A stretch of DNA of 64,000 bases from an uncultured Actinomycetota bacterium (GTDB lineage: Bacteria > Actinomycetota > Actinomycetes > Propionibacteriales > Nocardioidaceae), in the NCBI GenBank assembly GCA_963712145.1, contig CAVQGT010000002.1, forward strand, positions 294,678-358,677, in the 5' to 3' direction. Of this stretch, positions 8,912 to 18,563 are shown piece by piece (positions within the stretch are counted from its first letter, which is position 1; every line of letters starts with the position of its first letter). Both the position numbers and the translations under genes were made by a program. The notes under the pieces were generated by a model. The model saw only the letters and a program-made list of their open reading frames with translations, was not told the origin of the DNA and ran no database searches.

Positions 8912-11578
8912 GTGCCCGACGCCCCCGCAGAGCCCTCCGCCGAGAACCCCACCGACGGCACCGCCACCGCCGACACGCCCGCCGCCCCGCTGTCCTGGCG
9001 GGCCCGGTTCCGGTCCTGGCCGCGGACCGGCCGGTGGGCGACCTACGTGGCGGTCGTCCTCTGCCTGACGATCGTGGCCGCCCTGGTCGCGGGGGTGGTG
9101 ATGGTCCGCAAGCCCTTCCCGCAGACCGACGGCGAGATCAAGGTGCCCGGCCTCGGCGCCGAGGTGCGCGTGCTGCGGGACGGGAACGGGATCCCGCAGG
9201 TGTACGCCGACACGTCGGAGGACCTGTTCTACGCCCAGGGCTACGTCCAGGCGCAGGACCGGTTCTACGAGATGGACGTCCGCCGTCACATCACGTCCGG
9301 CCGGCTGTCGGAGATGCTCGGGGAGGACGCCCTCGAAACCGACAAGTTCATCCGGACGATGGGCTGGCGGCGTGTGGCCGAGAAGGAGCTGTCGCTGCTG
9401 AGTCCCGACACGACGGCGTACCTCGAGGCCTTCAGCGCCGGAGTGAACGCCTACATCGACTCGCACTCGCCGTCGGAGATGTCGCTGGAGTACTCCGTGC
9501 TCGCGCTCAACGGCCTGGACTACACGGTCGAGGAGTGGACGCCCGCCGACTCCGTGGCGTGGCTCAAGGCGATGGCGTGGGACCTGCGCGGCAACATGGA
9601 GGACGAGATCGACCGGGCCATCGCGTCCGGCCGGCTCGGTGAGGACGACATCGCCGAGCTCTACCCCGCCTACCCCTACGACCGGCACCGGCCGATCGTG
9701 AACCAGGGCGCGCTCGTCGACGGCGTCTACGAGTCGGGGGCCAAGCAGGGCGGCTCGCGCAAGCCCGCGCGGCCGGCGTACGACGACGCCGTGCTCGACG
9801 CGCTCGAGGACCTCGACGCCGGCCTCGACGCCATGCCGGAGCTTCTCGGCAAGGGCGAGGGGATCGGCAGCAACGCGTGGGTCGTCGACGGCGAGCACTC
9901 CACCACCGGGCAGCCGATCCTGGCCAACGACCCGCACCTGGGCATCTCCGTGCCGGGCATCTGGTACCAGATGGGCCTGCACTGCAACGCGATCACCGAG
10001 GACTGCCCGTTCGACGTCACCGGGTTCACCTTCGCCGGGCTGCCGGGGGTCGTGATCGGGCACAACCAGCACGTCGCGTGGGGCTTCACCAACCTCGGGC
10101 CCGACGTGACCGACCTCTACATGGAGAAGGTCGACGGCAAGACCTACGAGTACGACGGCAAGCGCAAGCCGTTGAAGATGCGCGACGAGACCATCGAGGT
10201 GCTCGGCCGCGACGAGCCGTTCACGTTCACGGTCCGCTCCACCGAGCACGGTCCGCTGCTCTCCGACGTGTCCAGCGAGCTGAGCACCGTGGGGGCCAAC
10301 TCCCCGGTGGAGGACGAGGCCGACGCGCCCGACCGCGGCAACGGCTACGCGGTGGCGCTGTCGTGGACCGCGCTGGACCCGCAGCCGACGGCCGACGCGA
10401 TCTTCGCGCTCGACCGGGCGACCGGCTGGGACGACTTCCGCGCCGCGGCGGCGCTGTTCGCCTCGCCCTCGCAGAACATGGTGTACGCCGACCGCGACGG
10501 CCACATCGGCTACCAGGCGCCCGGCGTGATCCCGATCCGCAAGTCCGGCAACAGCGGCCACTACCCGGCCGAGGGGTGGCTCTCCTCCGACGACTGGACC
10601 GGCAAGTACGTCCCCTTCGAGTCGCTCCCCACGATGTTCGACCCCGAGGACGGCTACGTCGCGACCGCCAACCAGGCGGTGATCGGGCAGGACTACCCGT
10701 TCTACCTCGGCGACTCGTGGGCCTACGGCTACCGCAGCCAGCGCATCGTCGAGCTGATCGAGCGCAAGGACAAGCTCAGCGTCGAGGACATGTCGGCGAT
10801 CCAGCTCGACGAACGCAACGGCTTCGCCCCGACGCTGGTGCCCTACCTGCTCGACATCCTGATGCCCTCGGAGTACCTCGGGGCCGGCCAGCGGCTGCTG
10901 CAGCGCTGGGACTACCAGCAGGACCCGGAGTCGGCCGCGGCGGCGTACTACAACGCCACCTGGAAGGAGCTGCTCGCGCTGACCTTCCACGACGAGATGC
11001 GCGAGGCGATCTGGCCCGACGGGGGCGGCCGCTGGTTCGAGGTGATGCGTGACCTGCTCGCCCAGCCGGACAGCCACTGGTGGGACAACGCCGAGACCGA
11101 GACGGTGGTCGAGAGCCGCGACGACATCCTGCGGCAGGCGATGGCCGAGGCACGCGACGAGCTGGTGCGCCGGCAGTCGCGCCGGGCCGTCGACTGGACC
11201 TGGGGCCACCACCACCGGATGAACCTCGAGAACCAGACGCTGGGCCAGTCCGACGTCGACCTCGTCAGGTGGCTGTTCAACCGCGGCGGCTACGAGGTCG
11301 GCGGCGGTGGCGAGATCGTCAACGCGACGAAGTGGGACGCCGCCACCGACTCCTTCGAGGTGACCGCCTCACCGTCGATGCGGATGGTGGTCTCCCTGGC
11401 CGACTTCGACAAGTCGACCTGGGTCAACCTCACCGGCGTCTCGGGACACGCGTTCAGCCGCCACTACGTCGACCAGACCGACCTGTGGGTGGAGGGGCGC
11501 ACGCTGCCCTGGGCCTACACGCGCGACGCGGTCGACGCCGCCAACGAGGACACGCTCACGCTGGTCCCAGCCGACTGA
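8912..11578 (+). CDS. Penicillin acylase family (Ntn hydrolase), membrane-anchored
   Basis: GIPQVYA, AQGYVQAQDR, GIG-SNAW nucleophile, LANDPHL motifs. Confidence 0.92.
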   Translation: MPDAPAEPSAENPTDGTATADTPAAPLSWRARFRSWPRTGRWATYVAVVLCLTIVAALVAGVVMVRKPFPQTDGEIKVPGLGAEVRVLRDGNGIPQVYADTSEDLFYAQGYVQAQDRFYEMDVRRHITSGRLSEMLGEDALETDKFIRTMGWRRVAEKELSLLSPDTTAYLEAFSAGVNAYIDSHSPSEMSLEYSVLALNGLDYTVEEWTPADSVAWLKAMAWDLRGNMEDEIDRAIASGRLGEDDIAELYPAYPYDRHRPIVNQGALVDGVYESGAKQGGSRKPARPAYDDAVLDALEDLDAGLDAMPELLGKGEGIGSNAWVVDGEHSTTGQPILANDPHLGISVPGIWYQMGLHCNAITEDCPFDVTGFTFAGLPGVVIGHNQHVAWGFTNLGPDVTDLYMEKVDGKTYEYDGKRKPLKMRDETIEVLGRDEPFTFTVRSTEHGPLLSDVSSELSTVGANSPVEDEADAPDRGNGYAVALSWTALDPQPTADAIFALDRATGWDDFRAAAALFASPSQNMVYADRDGHIGYQAPGVIPIRKSGNSGHYPAEGWLSSDDWTGKYVPFESLPTMFDPEDGYVATANQAVIGQDYPFYLGDSWAYGYRSQRIVELIERKDKLSVEDMSAIQLDERNGFAPTLVPYLLDILMPSEYLGAGQRLLQRWDYQQDPESAAAAYYNATWKELLALTFHDEMREAIWPDGGGRWFEVMRDLLAQPDSHWWDNAETETVVESRDDILRQAMAEARDELVRRQSRRAVDWTWGHHHRMNLENQTLGQSDVDLVRWLFNRGGYEVGGGGEIVNATKWDAATDSFEVTASPSMRMVVSLADFDKSTWVNLTGVSGHAFSRHYVDQTDLWVEGRTLPWAYTRDAVDAANEDTLTLVPAD

Positions 11579-12152
11579 CCCCCGACGGCGTCACGACCGC
11601 CGTCACCGGTCGGTCGTGGTCGTCGTGGGGCACCCGGTCGAGCAGCTCGCCGTCGTAGAGCAGCGCGCACACGAACGTGCCGACCGGCACGTGTCCGAGG
11701 GCGCGGTCGTAGGAGCCGCCGCCCCGACCCAGCCGCATCCCGGTCCGGTCGACCGCCAGGGCAGGGGCGAGGACCACGTCGGCGGTCGCCACCGCCTCGG
11801 GACCGAGCCGCCGGCCGACGGGCTCGAGCAGCCCACGGCCGGCCGCGACGAGGTTGTCCGGCCCGTCGTACGCCGCCCAGTCCAGGTCGTTGTCGGGGAG
11901 CAGCACCGGCAGGATCACCCGCTTCCCGGCCGCGGCCAGCAGGTCCAGCAGCGGTCCGGTGCCGGGTTCCTGGCCGACCGAGACGTACGCCGCGACGGTG
12001 GCCGCCCGGCGCACTTCGGTCGTAGCGGCGAGGTGCTGCGCGATGGCGACCGCGTCCGTGCCGACCTCGAGCAGCGGGCGTCGCCGCCGGTCGGTGAGCA
12101 GCCGGTCGCGCAGCGCGACCTTCTGTGCCTCGACCGCTGTCAGCTCCGCCAT
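11556..12152 (-). CDS. 5-formyltetrahydrofolate cyclo-ligase
   Basis: PALAVD..GMRLGRGGGSYDR, HDRPV. Confidence 0.93.
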   Translation of the reverse strand: MAELTAVEAQKVALRDRLLTDRRRRPLLEVGTDAVAIAQHLAATTEVRRAATVAAYVSVGQEPGTGPLLDLLAAAGKRVILPVLLPDNDLDWAAYDGPDNLVAAGRGLLEPVGRRLGPEAVATADVVLAPALAVDRTGMRLGRGGGSYDRALGHVPVGTFVCALLYDGELLDRVPHDDHDRPVTAVVTPSGVSRLGPA

Positions 12153-12190
12153 GCTGCCGACGCTACCGGGGAGGCTCTAGGCTCTGGCGC

Positions 12191-13567
12191 ATGAGCGACC
12201 AGGGACTTCAGCAGGCCCGCGACAAGATGGCTGCCGCCGGGGTCGACCCGGTGGCCATCGAGGTCTTCGCCCACTACTACCGGCTCGTGGAGAGCGGCGA
12301 GACCGGGATGATCCCCGAGTCGACGATCGAGCCGCTCGACTCCGACGCCCTCGCCGATGTCGAGGTCCCCGACGACGTCGCCCGCGAGGCGATCGGCCGC
12401 ACCGTGGTGATCAAGCTCAACGGCGGTCTCGGCACCTCGATGGGCATGGACCGCGCCAAGTCGCTGCTCGACGTTCGAGGCGACCTGTCCTTCCTCGACA
12501 TCATCGCCCGGCAGGTGCTGGCCGTCCGCGAGAAGTACGACGCCCCGCTGCCGCTGATCTTCATGAACAGCTTCCGCACGTCCGCCGACACCCGCGAGGT
12601 CCTCGCGCGCTACCCCGAGCTGCAGGTCGGCGACCTCCCCCTGGAGTTCCTGCAGAACAAGGAGCCCAAGCTCCGCGAGGACGACCTCACGCCCGTCGAC
12701 TGGCCCAAGGACCCGGATCTCGAGTGGTGCCCGCCGGGCCACGGCGACATCTACACCGCGTTGCGCGGGACCGGCCTGCTCGACCGGCTGATCGACGCCG
12801 GCTACACCCAGGTCTTCGTGTCCAACTCCGACAACCTCGGTGCGGTGCCGGACCCCCGGGTCGCCGGCTGGTTCGCCCGCTCCGGTGCGCCGTTCGCGAT
12901 CGAGGCCGTCCGGCGCACCCCGTCGGACCGCAAGGGCGGCCACTTCGCGACCCGCCGGTCGGACGGCCGGATCGTGCTGCGCGAGACCGCCCAGACGCTC
13001 GACGAGGACAAGGACGCGCTGGGCGACCTGAGCCGGCACAAGTACTGCTCGACGAACAACCTGTGGTTCAACCTCGCCGCGATGAAGGCGGAGCTCGACG
13101 CGCGCGACGGGATCCTCGGCCTGGCGATGATCAAGAACACGAAGACCGTCGACCCCGCGGACCCGAGCAGCCCGTCGGTGATCCAGATCGAGACCGCGAT
13201 GGGCGCGGCGATCGAGGTGTTCGACGGGGCGACCACGATCGAGGTCGGCCGGGACCGCTTCGTGCCGGTGAAGACCACCAACGACCTGCTGGTGCTGCGG
13301 TCGGACTGCTACGAGCTCGACGACGACCACGTCCTGCACCTGCTCTCCGAGACGGTGCCGTTCGTGGACCTCGACCCCGCCCACTACAAGCTCGTGGGGG
13401 ACTTCGACGCGCACTTCGCCGAAGGGGTCCCCTCGCTGCGACAGGCGAAGCAGCTCGTCGTGAACGGGGACTGGTACTTCGGCAGCGGCGTGACGGTGGT
13501 CGGCGAGGGCGTCCTCGACGAGGCGGGCTCGCCCGGACGGGTGTCGCCCGGAACCGTGCTCGGCTGA
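12191..13567 (+). CDS. UTP--glucose-1-phosphate uridylyltransferase, eukaryote-like (UDPGP) family
   Basis: KLNGGLGTSMG..AKS, WCPPGHGD, SNSDNLGA, QIETAMG, RFVPVKTTNDLL. Confidence 0.92.
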   Translation: MSDQGLQQARDKMAAAGVDPVAIEVFAHYYRLVESGETGMIPESTIEPLDSDALADVEVPDDVAREAIGRTVVIKLNGGLGTSMGMDRAKSLLDVRGDLSFLDIIARQVLAVREKYDAPLPLIFMNSFRTSADTREVLARYPELQVGDLPLEFLQNKEPKLREDDLTPVDWPKDPDLEWCPPGHGDIYTALRGTGLLDRLIDAGYTQVFVSNSDNLGAVPDPRVAGWFARSGAPFAIEAVRRTPSDRKGGHFATRRSDGRIVLRETAQTLDEDKDALGDLSRHKYCSTNNLWFNLAAMKAELDARDGILGLAMIKNTKTVDPADPSSPSVIQIETAMGAAIEVFDGATTIEVGRDRFVPVKTTNDLLVLRSDCYELDDDHVLHLLSETVPFVDLDPAHYKLVGDFDAHFAEGVPSLRQAKQLVVNGDWYFGSGVTVVGEGVLDEAGSPGRVSPGTVLG

Positions 13568-13612
13568 CCGGTGTTGGCGTTCCCGGCCCCGCGCGAGAGT
13601 TAGGGTTCCCGC

Positions 13613-14864
13613 ATGGCTCCCTCCCTGATGCCCACCGACCGGATGAGCAGCGTGGACGAGCACGTCGAGCGGATCCTGGAGTCGTTGATCCCGCTGCAGC
13701 CCTACGACCAGCCGCTGCTCGAGGCGCTCGGCCTGCCGGTGTGCGAGGCGATCTCCGCGCCGATGGACCTGCCGGCCTTCGACAACTCCGCGATGGACGG
13801 TTACGCCGTCTACTTCGACGACGTCGCGAGCGCCTCGGAGGACCACCCCGTACACCTGCCGGTGGTGGGGGAGATGGCGGCCGGCCAGACCAAGCTGTTC
13901 GCGCTCTCGCCGGGCACGACGGTCCGGATCATGACGGGGGCCCCGGTGCCGCAGGGGGCCGACGCCGTCGTACCCGTCGAGTGGACCGACGGGGGAGTCG
14001 CCAACGTCCGGATCACGCCAGGCTCCGGCTCGCGGCCAGCACGTGCGCTACAAGGGCGAGGACGTGCGCACCGGCGACGTCCTGCTCGAGGACGGGACGG
14101 TGCTCGGCCCGCGCCAGCTCGGGCTGCTCGCGTCGGTCGGCCGCTCACAGGTGCAGGCCCGGCCGCGTCCCCGCGTGGTGATCATGTCGACCGGGTCCGA
14201 GCTCCGCGAGCCCGGCACCGGCCTCGGCCACGACTCGGTCTACGACGCCAACTCCTACATGCTCGCCGCCGCGGCCCGTGCGGCCGGCGCCATCGCCTAC
14301 CGGGTCGGGATCGTCTCCGACGACCCGCAGGAGTTCCGCGACGCCCTCAGCGACCAGCTCGTCCGGGCCGACATCGTGATCACCAGCGGCGGAGTGAGCA
14401 AGGGCCAGTACGACGTCGTCAAGGAGGTGCTGGCCGAGCTCGGCACGGTGTCGTTCGGCGAGGTCGCCATGCAGCCCGGGAAGCCGCAGGGCTTCGGCTT
14501 CGTCGGCGAGGACTCCACGCCGATCATCACGCTGCCGGGCAACCCGGTGTCGTCGTACGTCTCCTTCGAGGTCTTCGTGCTGCCGGCCATCCGCCGGATG
14601 ATGGGCAAGCTGCCCTATCGCCGTCCGATGGTCCGGGCCCTTGCCGCCAAGGGGTTCTCCTCCGGGCCGGGCCGACGCCAGTTCGTCCGCGGACACTTCG
14701 AGATCGACGGCAAGGGCGCCCACGTCACCCCGGTCGGCGGTCACGGCTCGCACCTGATGGGCGACCTGTCCGACGCGAACGCGCTGATCGTCGTCCCCGA
14801 GGACGTGACGTCGGTGGCGGCCGGCGAGCAGGTGCAGGTGCTCGTGCTGGACCGGGACTTCTGA
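13613..14864 (+). pseudogene. moeA: Molybdopterin molybdenumtransferase MoeA/Glp, split by a +1 frameshift near 14018 (real or sequencing error)
   Basis: Frame 1 has [12 protein letters not shown] and IMTGAPVP; frame 2 continues [35 protein letters not shown]; removing one C at 14018/14019 joins them. Confidence 0.85.
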
Positions 14865-15361
14865 TGGCCGCCACGTCGGGTGAGGGCGGCCGGCTGACCC
14901 ACGTCGACGAGGCCGGCGCCGCCCGCATGGTCGACGTCTCGGCCAAGGACGTCACCAGCCGGGTCGCGGTCGCGGCCGGGCGGGTGCTGGTCTCGACCGA
15001 GGTCGTCGCCCTGCTCCGCGGCGAGGGCGTGCCCAAGGGGGACGCGCTCGGGGTCGCCCGCGTCGCCGGGATCATGGCCGCGAAGCGCACGCCCGACCTG
15101 GTGCCGCTGTGCCACCCGCTGGCGATCTCCGGTGTGACGGTCGACCTCGAGGTCGCCGACGACGCCGTGGAGGTCACCGCGACCGTGCGGACGACAGACC
15201 GGACCGGTGTGGAGATGGAGGCGCTGACCGCGGTCTCGGTCGCCGCCCTCACCGTCGTCGACATGGTCAAGGCGGTCGACAAGGCCGCCGTCATCACCGA
15301 CATCCGGGTGCTCTCGAAGACCGGTGGCAAGTCCGGCGACTGGTCGCGGGAGGGGGAGTGA
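14864..15361 (+). CDS. moaC: Cyclic pyranopterin monophosphate synthase
   Basis: [41 protein letters not shown]. Confidence 0.95.
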   Translation: MAATSGEGGRLTHVDEAGAARMVDVSAKDVTSRVAVAAGRVLVSTEVVALLRGEGVPKGDALGVARVAGIMAAKRTPDLVPLCHPLAISGVTVDLEVADDAVEVTATVRTTDRTGVEMEALTAVSVAALTVVDMVKAVDKAAVITDIRVLSKTGGKSGDWSREGE

Positions 15362-15828
15362 AGGCGACGGTCATCGCGGCCTCGAACCGGGCCGCCGCGG
15401 GCGTCTACGAGGACACCACCGGCCCGCTGATCGTCGCTGCGCTGACGGAGGCCGGCTTCGACGTCACCGGCCCGGTGGTCGTGCCGGACGGTGCGCCTGT
15501 CGGCGAGGCGATCCGCGCGGCCGTCGAGGGCGGGGCCCGCGCGGTCATCACCACGGGGGGCACCGGCCTGACCCCGACCGACCTGACCCCGGAGGTCACC
15601 CGGCCGCTGCTGGACCGCGAGGTGCCGGGAGTCGCGGAGGCGATCCGCGCCCACGGCGTCGCCAACGGCGTGCCGACGGCCGCCCTCTCGCGGGGTCTCG
15701 CCGGGGTGTCCGGCCAGGCGTTCGTCGTGAACCTCCCGGGGTCGCGCGGCGGCGTCAAGGACGGTCTCGCGGTCGTCGTACCCCTGCTGCGCCACGCGGC
15801 GGAGCAGATCGTCGGGAGCGACCACTGA
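15358..15828 (+). CDS. MogA/MoaB molybdopterin adenylyltransferase family protein
   Basis: ITTGGTG..PTDLTPE, LSRG, NLPGS; GTGA overlap with moaC. Confidence 0.92.
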   Translation: MKATVIAASNRAAAGVYEDTTGPLIVAALTEAGFDVTGPVVVPDGAPVGEAIRAAVEGGARAVITTGGTGLTPTDLTPEVTRPLLDREVPGVAEAIRAHGVANGVPTAALSRGLAGVSGQAFVVNLPGSRGGVKDGLAVVVPLLRHAAEQIVGSDH

Positions 15829-16424
15829 CCAGCCCGTGGCGTGTCGAGCTCCGTGCCGGCCGCGTGGGGCTCCGCCCCCTGGCGATGCACGACGCGAAGG
15901 ACTGGGCAGAGGTGCGCCGCCGCAACATGGCCTGGCTGACCCCGTGGGAGGCCACCGTGCCGACGGGGGACCGGTCCGCGCCCAAGACCTTCCGCGCCCT
16001 CGTGCGCGACCTGCACCGGCAGGCCCGGCAACGGCGCACGCTGCCGTTCGCGGTCACCGTCGACGACCAGTTCGCCGGCCAGCTGACCGTCACCAACATC
16101 ACCGGCGGGTCGGCGCGGTGGGGGCAGGTCGGCTACTGGGTCGACCAGAGGTACGCCGGCCAGGGGGTCATCCCGACGGCGGTCGCCCTGGTCGTCGACT
16201 ACTGCCTGTTCGAGCTCGACCTGCACCGCATCGAGGTCGCGATCCGGCCGGAGAACACCGCGAGCCTGCGGGTGGTCGAGAAGCTCGGCTTCACCGAGAT
16301 CGGCTACGCGCCTCGCTACCTGCACATCGACGGCGACTGGCGCGACCACCGGCTGTTCGCGGTCACCGTCGAGGAGTGCGAGGGCGGTCTGCTGCGACGG
16401 TTCCGGGGCGATCCCGGGGCTTGA
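15825..16424 (+). CDS. rimJ: RimJ-like GNAT N-acetyltransferase
   Basis: PWE, GYWVD, LHRIEVAIRPENTASLRVVEKLGF, YLHIDGDWRDH; start uncertain (CTG 15825 or ATG 15885). Confidence 0.85.
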   Translation: MTSPWRVELRAGRVGLRPLAMHDAKDWAEVRRRNMAWLTPWEATVPTGDRSAPKTFRALVRDLHRQARQRRTLPFAVTVDDQFAGQLTVTNITGGSARWGQVGYWVDQRYAGQGVIPTAVALVVDYCLFELDLHRIEVAIRPENTASLRVVEKLGFTEIGYAPRYLHIDGDWRDHRLFAVTVEECEGGLLRRFRGDPGA

Positions 16425-16451
16425 TCACACCAGTCACAGGAGTTCTCTTGC

Positions 16452-16456
16452 GACAC
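16452..16456 (+). promoter_or_regulatory. Possible WhiA-type GACAC site upstream of sepX/glpR
   Basis: GACAC ~50 nt upstream of the start; Streptomyces sepX is a WhiAB target; a 5-mer alone is weak. Confidence 0.3.
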
Positions 16457-16505
16457 ACCGCCCCGCCTGCGGGGCGCAGCCCCGCGTCGCTCCTATGGTC
16501 GTCCC

Positions 16506-17432
16506 GTGGACTTGTCAGGAATCATCTTCGTTGTGCTCGCGGTCGCGTGGGCCGTCTACCTGATTCCCAAGGCGCTCAAGCACCATGACGAGGTGGCGCG
16601 GACCCGGTCGATCGACCGCTTCTCCACCGCCATGCGCGTGCTGGCCCGGCGCGAGCCGGTCAACCACCGCGACGCGCGCCTCGTGGTCACGCCGGCCCGC
16701 GCCGCCGACAACCCCCGGGTGCTCGCGCCCACCGCGCCGGCAGCCGAGCAGCCTGCGGAGAGGGCGGCCGTGCGCCCGCCTCGTCCCGCGGCCCGACGTG
16801 CGGCTGCCCGCGCCGCCGCCCGCCGCCGTCGCCGGATCCTGTCGTTCCTGCTGCTGTCGACCCTCGTCGTCACCGGCCTCGCGGCGTTCGCGCTGCTCCA
16901 GTGGTGGTCCGTCGCCATCCCGGCCGGGCTGACCCTGCTCTACCTGCTGCTGTGCCGCACCCAGGTCCGCCGTGAGCGGAGCGCGAGCTGGGACGCCGAC
17001 CTGGCTGCCACGGTCGAGGCGCTGCCGGAGGCCGGCTCGTCCGTCCGTCCGGTGGCCCGCCCCGCGGCCCGGGTGGACGCGCCGTACGGCACGCCTCTCC
17101 AGCCCGCAGCCCGCAACGCGCAGGGCTTCGAGGAGCTCGACCCCAACGAGGACACCATCGCCATCCCGGCGGCCCTGCTCGACGCGGTGGTCGTCTCCAC
17201 CGTCGACGGCGGCTCGCTGTGGGACCCGCTGCCGGTCACGCTGCCGACCTACGTCTCCAAGCCGAAGGCCCGTCGCACGGTCCGCACGATCGACCTCGAC
17301 GAGCCCGGCACGTGGAGCTCGGGCCGGTCGGCCGAGGACAGTCAGCTGGTCGCCGAGGCGGCTGCCGTGGAGGTCTCGGAGGACGCAGTCGAGGAGACGA
17401 TCGTCGAGCAGCAGCGGGCCGTCGGCTCCTGA
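16506..17432 (+). CDS. Divisome-associated membrane protein, SepX/GlpR family
   Basis: WAVYLIP, DRFSTAMRVL, AARRRRR plus TM pair, WDPLPVTLPTYV; position after rimJ. Confidence 0.85.
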   Translation: MDLSGIIFVVLAVAWAVYLIPKALKHHDEVARTRSIDRFSTAMRVLARREPVNHRDARLVVTPARAADNPRVLAPTAPAAEQPAERAAVRPPRPAARRAAARAAARRRRRILSFLLLSTLVVTGLAAFALLQWWSVAIPAGLTLLYLLLCRTQVRRERSASWDADLAATVEALPEAGSSVRPVARPAARVDAPYGTPLQPAARNAQGFEELDPNEDTIAIPAALLDAVVVSTVDGGSLWDPLPVTLPTYVSKPKARRTVRTIDLDEPGTWSSGRSAEDSQLVAEAAAVEVSEDAVEETIVEQQRAVGS

Positions 17433-17492
17433 TTCGGAACCACTCACCGCAGGTGATATCTTTTCTCCTCGCGCCGGTCATTCGGCGCACCA

Positions 17493-17569
<77 letters not shown>

Positions 17570-17571
17570 TC

Positions 17572-17620
17572 GAGAACCCCGTCCCACCTGCAGGAACACC
17601 GCAGGAGGGGCGGGGTTCTC
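17572..17620 (+). terminator. Hairpin after tRNA-Ala, probable (bidirectional) terminator
   Basis: GAGAACCCCGTCCC...GGGGCGGGGTTCTC inverted repeat between convergent transcripts. Confidence 0.6.
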
Positions 17621-17648
17621 TCGTGCTCGCTGGTCCACGACCGCGTGG

Positions 17649-18239
17649 TCACGACTCAGGCTGACGTCCCCTGGTGAGCTGGAGCCCCACCATCACAGCG
17701 GCCACTGCCAGCGCCGCTCCGATGACGGTCAGGCGCGTGGCGCGCTCCAGCGGCGAGACCCACCTGAGGTCGCCGAGGTAGAGCGCCGACTCCCCAACGA
17801 AACCCAACGGGGCAATGAGCATGGCCGTGAGGCCCAGCCACGTGCCGTCTCCTCGGGCGCGCCAGCCGAGAAGCCCCAACGGCGGACCGACGACAAACGC
17901 GGCCAAGATCCACAGGCGCATGTCTCGGAAGTCATGGGCAAGCGGGCTTTGGGAGGCGACCGCGTCCGCGACGTAGTAGGCCGTGACCGCGGCGGCGAGG
18001 GCGAGGGTCGCGGCTGCGACGGACAGAAGAAGTCGACGCCGCCACCACGCGGCCACCAGGATGCCGAAGGTGGCCCAACCCGCCCCGCCCCCGCTGACGA
18101 TCGACAGCCAGCGCAGAGGCGTCGGCTCCGCATGGTTCAGGGCCACGACGAGGACCCCGAAACCGATGCCGACCAGAAGGGTCACGAGCGCTTGGGCCAG
18201 GGGCGAGACCTTTGCAACGACGACCACTTCGCGAGACAC
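17649..18239 (-). CDS. Multi-pass membrane protein (DUF6518-like)
   Basis: Several hydrophobic helices; GWA, AYY, GPPLG patterns. Confidence 0.6.
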   Translation of the reverse strand: MSREVVVVAKVSPLAQALVTLLVGIGFGVLVVALNHAEPTPLRWLSIVSGGGAGWATFGILVAAWWRRRLLLSVAAATLALAAAVTAYYVADAVASQSPLAHDFRDMRLWILAAFVVGPPLGLLGWRARGDGTWLGLTAMLIAPLGFVGESALYLGDLRWVSPLERATRLTVIGAALAVAAVMVGLQLTRGRQPES

Positions 18240-18298
18240 CCTGCCCCTCGACTCGTGTCGCCGTGGAGGTCACGCGCGACGGGCAGATCGTACTGAAG

Positions 18299-18345
18299 GC
18301 AATGAACCGCCCCTCGCCGGCGGGCGAAGGGCGGTTCGTCATTGC
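18299..18345 (-). terminator. Strong hairpin, terminator-like on the minus strand
   Basis: Minus strand GAACCGCCCTTCGCC-cgcc-GGCGAGGGGCGGTTC followed by ATTGCCTTC. Confidence 0.5.
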
Positions 18346-18530
18346 GAGGGCCGAACTCCCGCACCCGGGCGAGCCGGGGTCAGTTGGGCTACGGGTTCCC
18401 TGGTGGTCAGCGGCGACCCCCGCTGAGAGTTACCGGTTCGCGCTCTTTCAACCCCCCGCGTGGAGCCAGCGTCGACCCCGGTGGCTGGCCGCCCGGCCCG
18501 CGAAAGGCGGGGGCGGTCGACCTCGCGAAT
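18341..18530. ncRNA. Candidate structured ncRNA, family not recognised
   Basis: Ends pair (TTGCGAGG/CCTCGCGAA), with several internal helices and an adjacent terminator-like hairpin; no credible ORF. Confidence 0.45.
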
Positions 18531-18563
18531 CCCCCCGACTGACGTGTCGGCGATGATGGACCG

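Noticed and set aside
8861-11215. Long antisense and alternate-frame ORFs (e.g. 8861-11215, 19802-22417, 29858-32278, 46853-49033)
   Set aside because: These are shadow ORFs expected from strong GC3 bias opposite well-supported genes.
13613-15361. 582-aa MoeA-MoaC fusion ORF
   Set aside because: The middle is off-frame Arg/Gly/Pro-rich sequence caused by the +1 frameshift; moaC has its own coupled ATG at 14864.
18420-18510. Hammerhead ribozyme or raiA-motif RNA
   Set aside because: CTGAGAG is not CUGANGA with a correctly placed GAAA; GGTTGAAAG occurs on the minus strand but the rest of the raiA pattern does not.
18460-18520. SAM-IV riboswitch
   Set aside because: GCCAGCGTCGACCCCGG..GCTGGCC resembles P2, but the GGTCATGAG and GGCAACC core elements are missing and no sulfur-metabolism gene follows.
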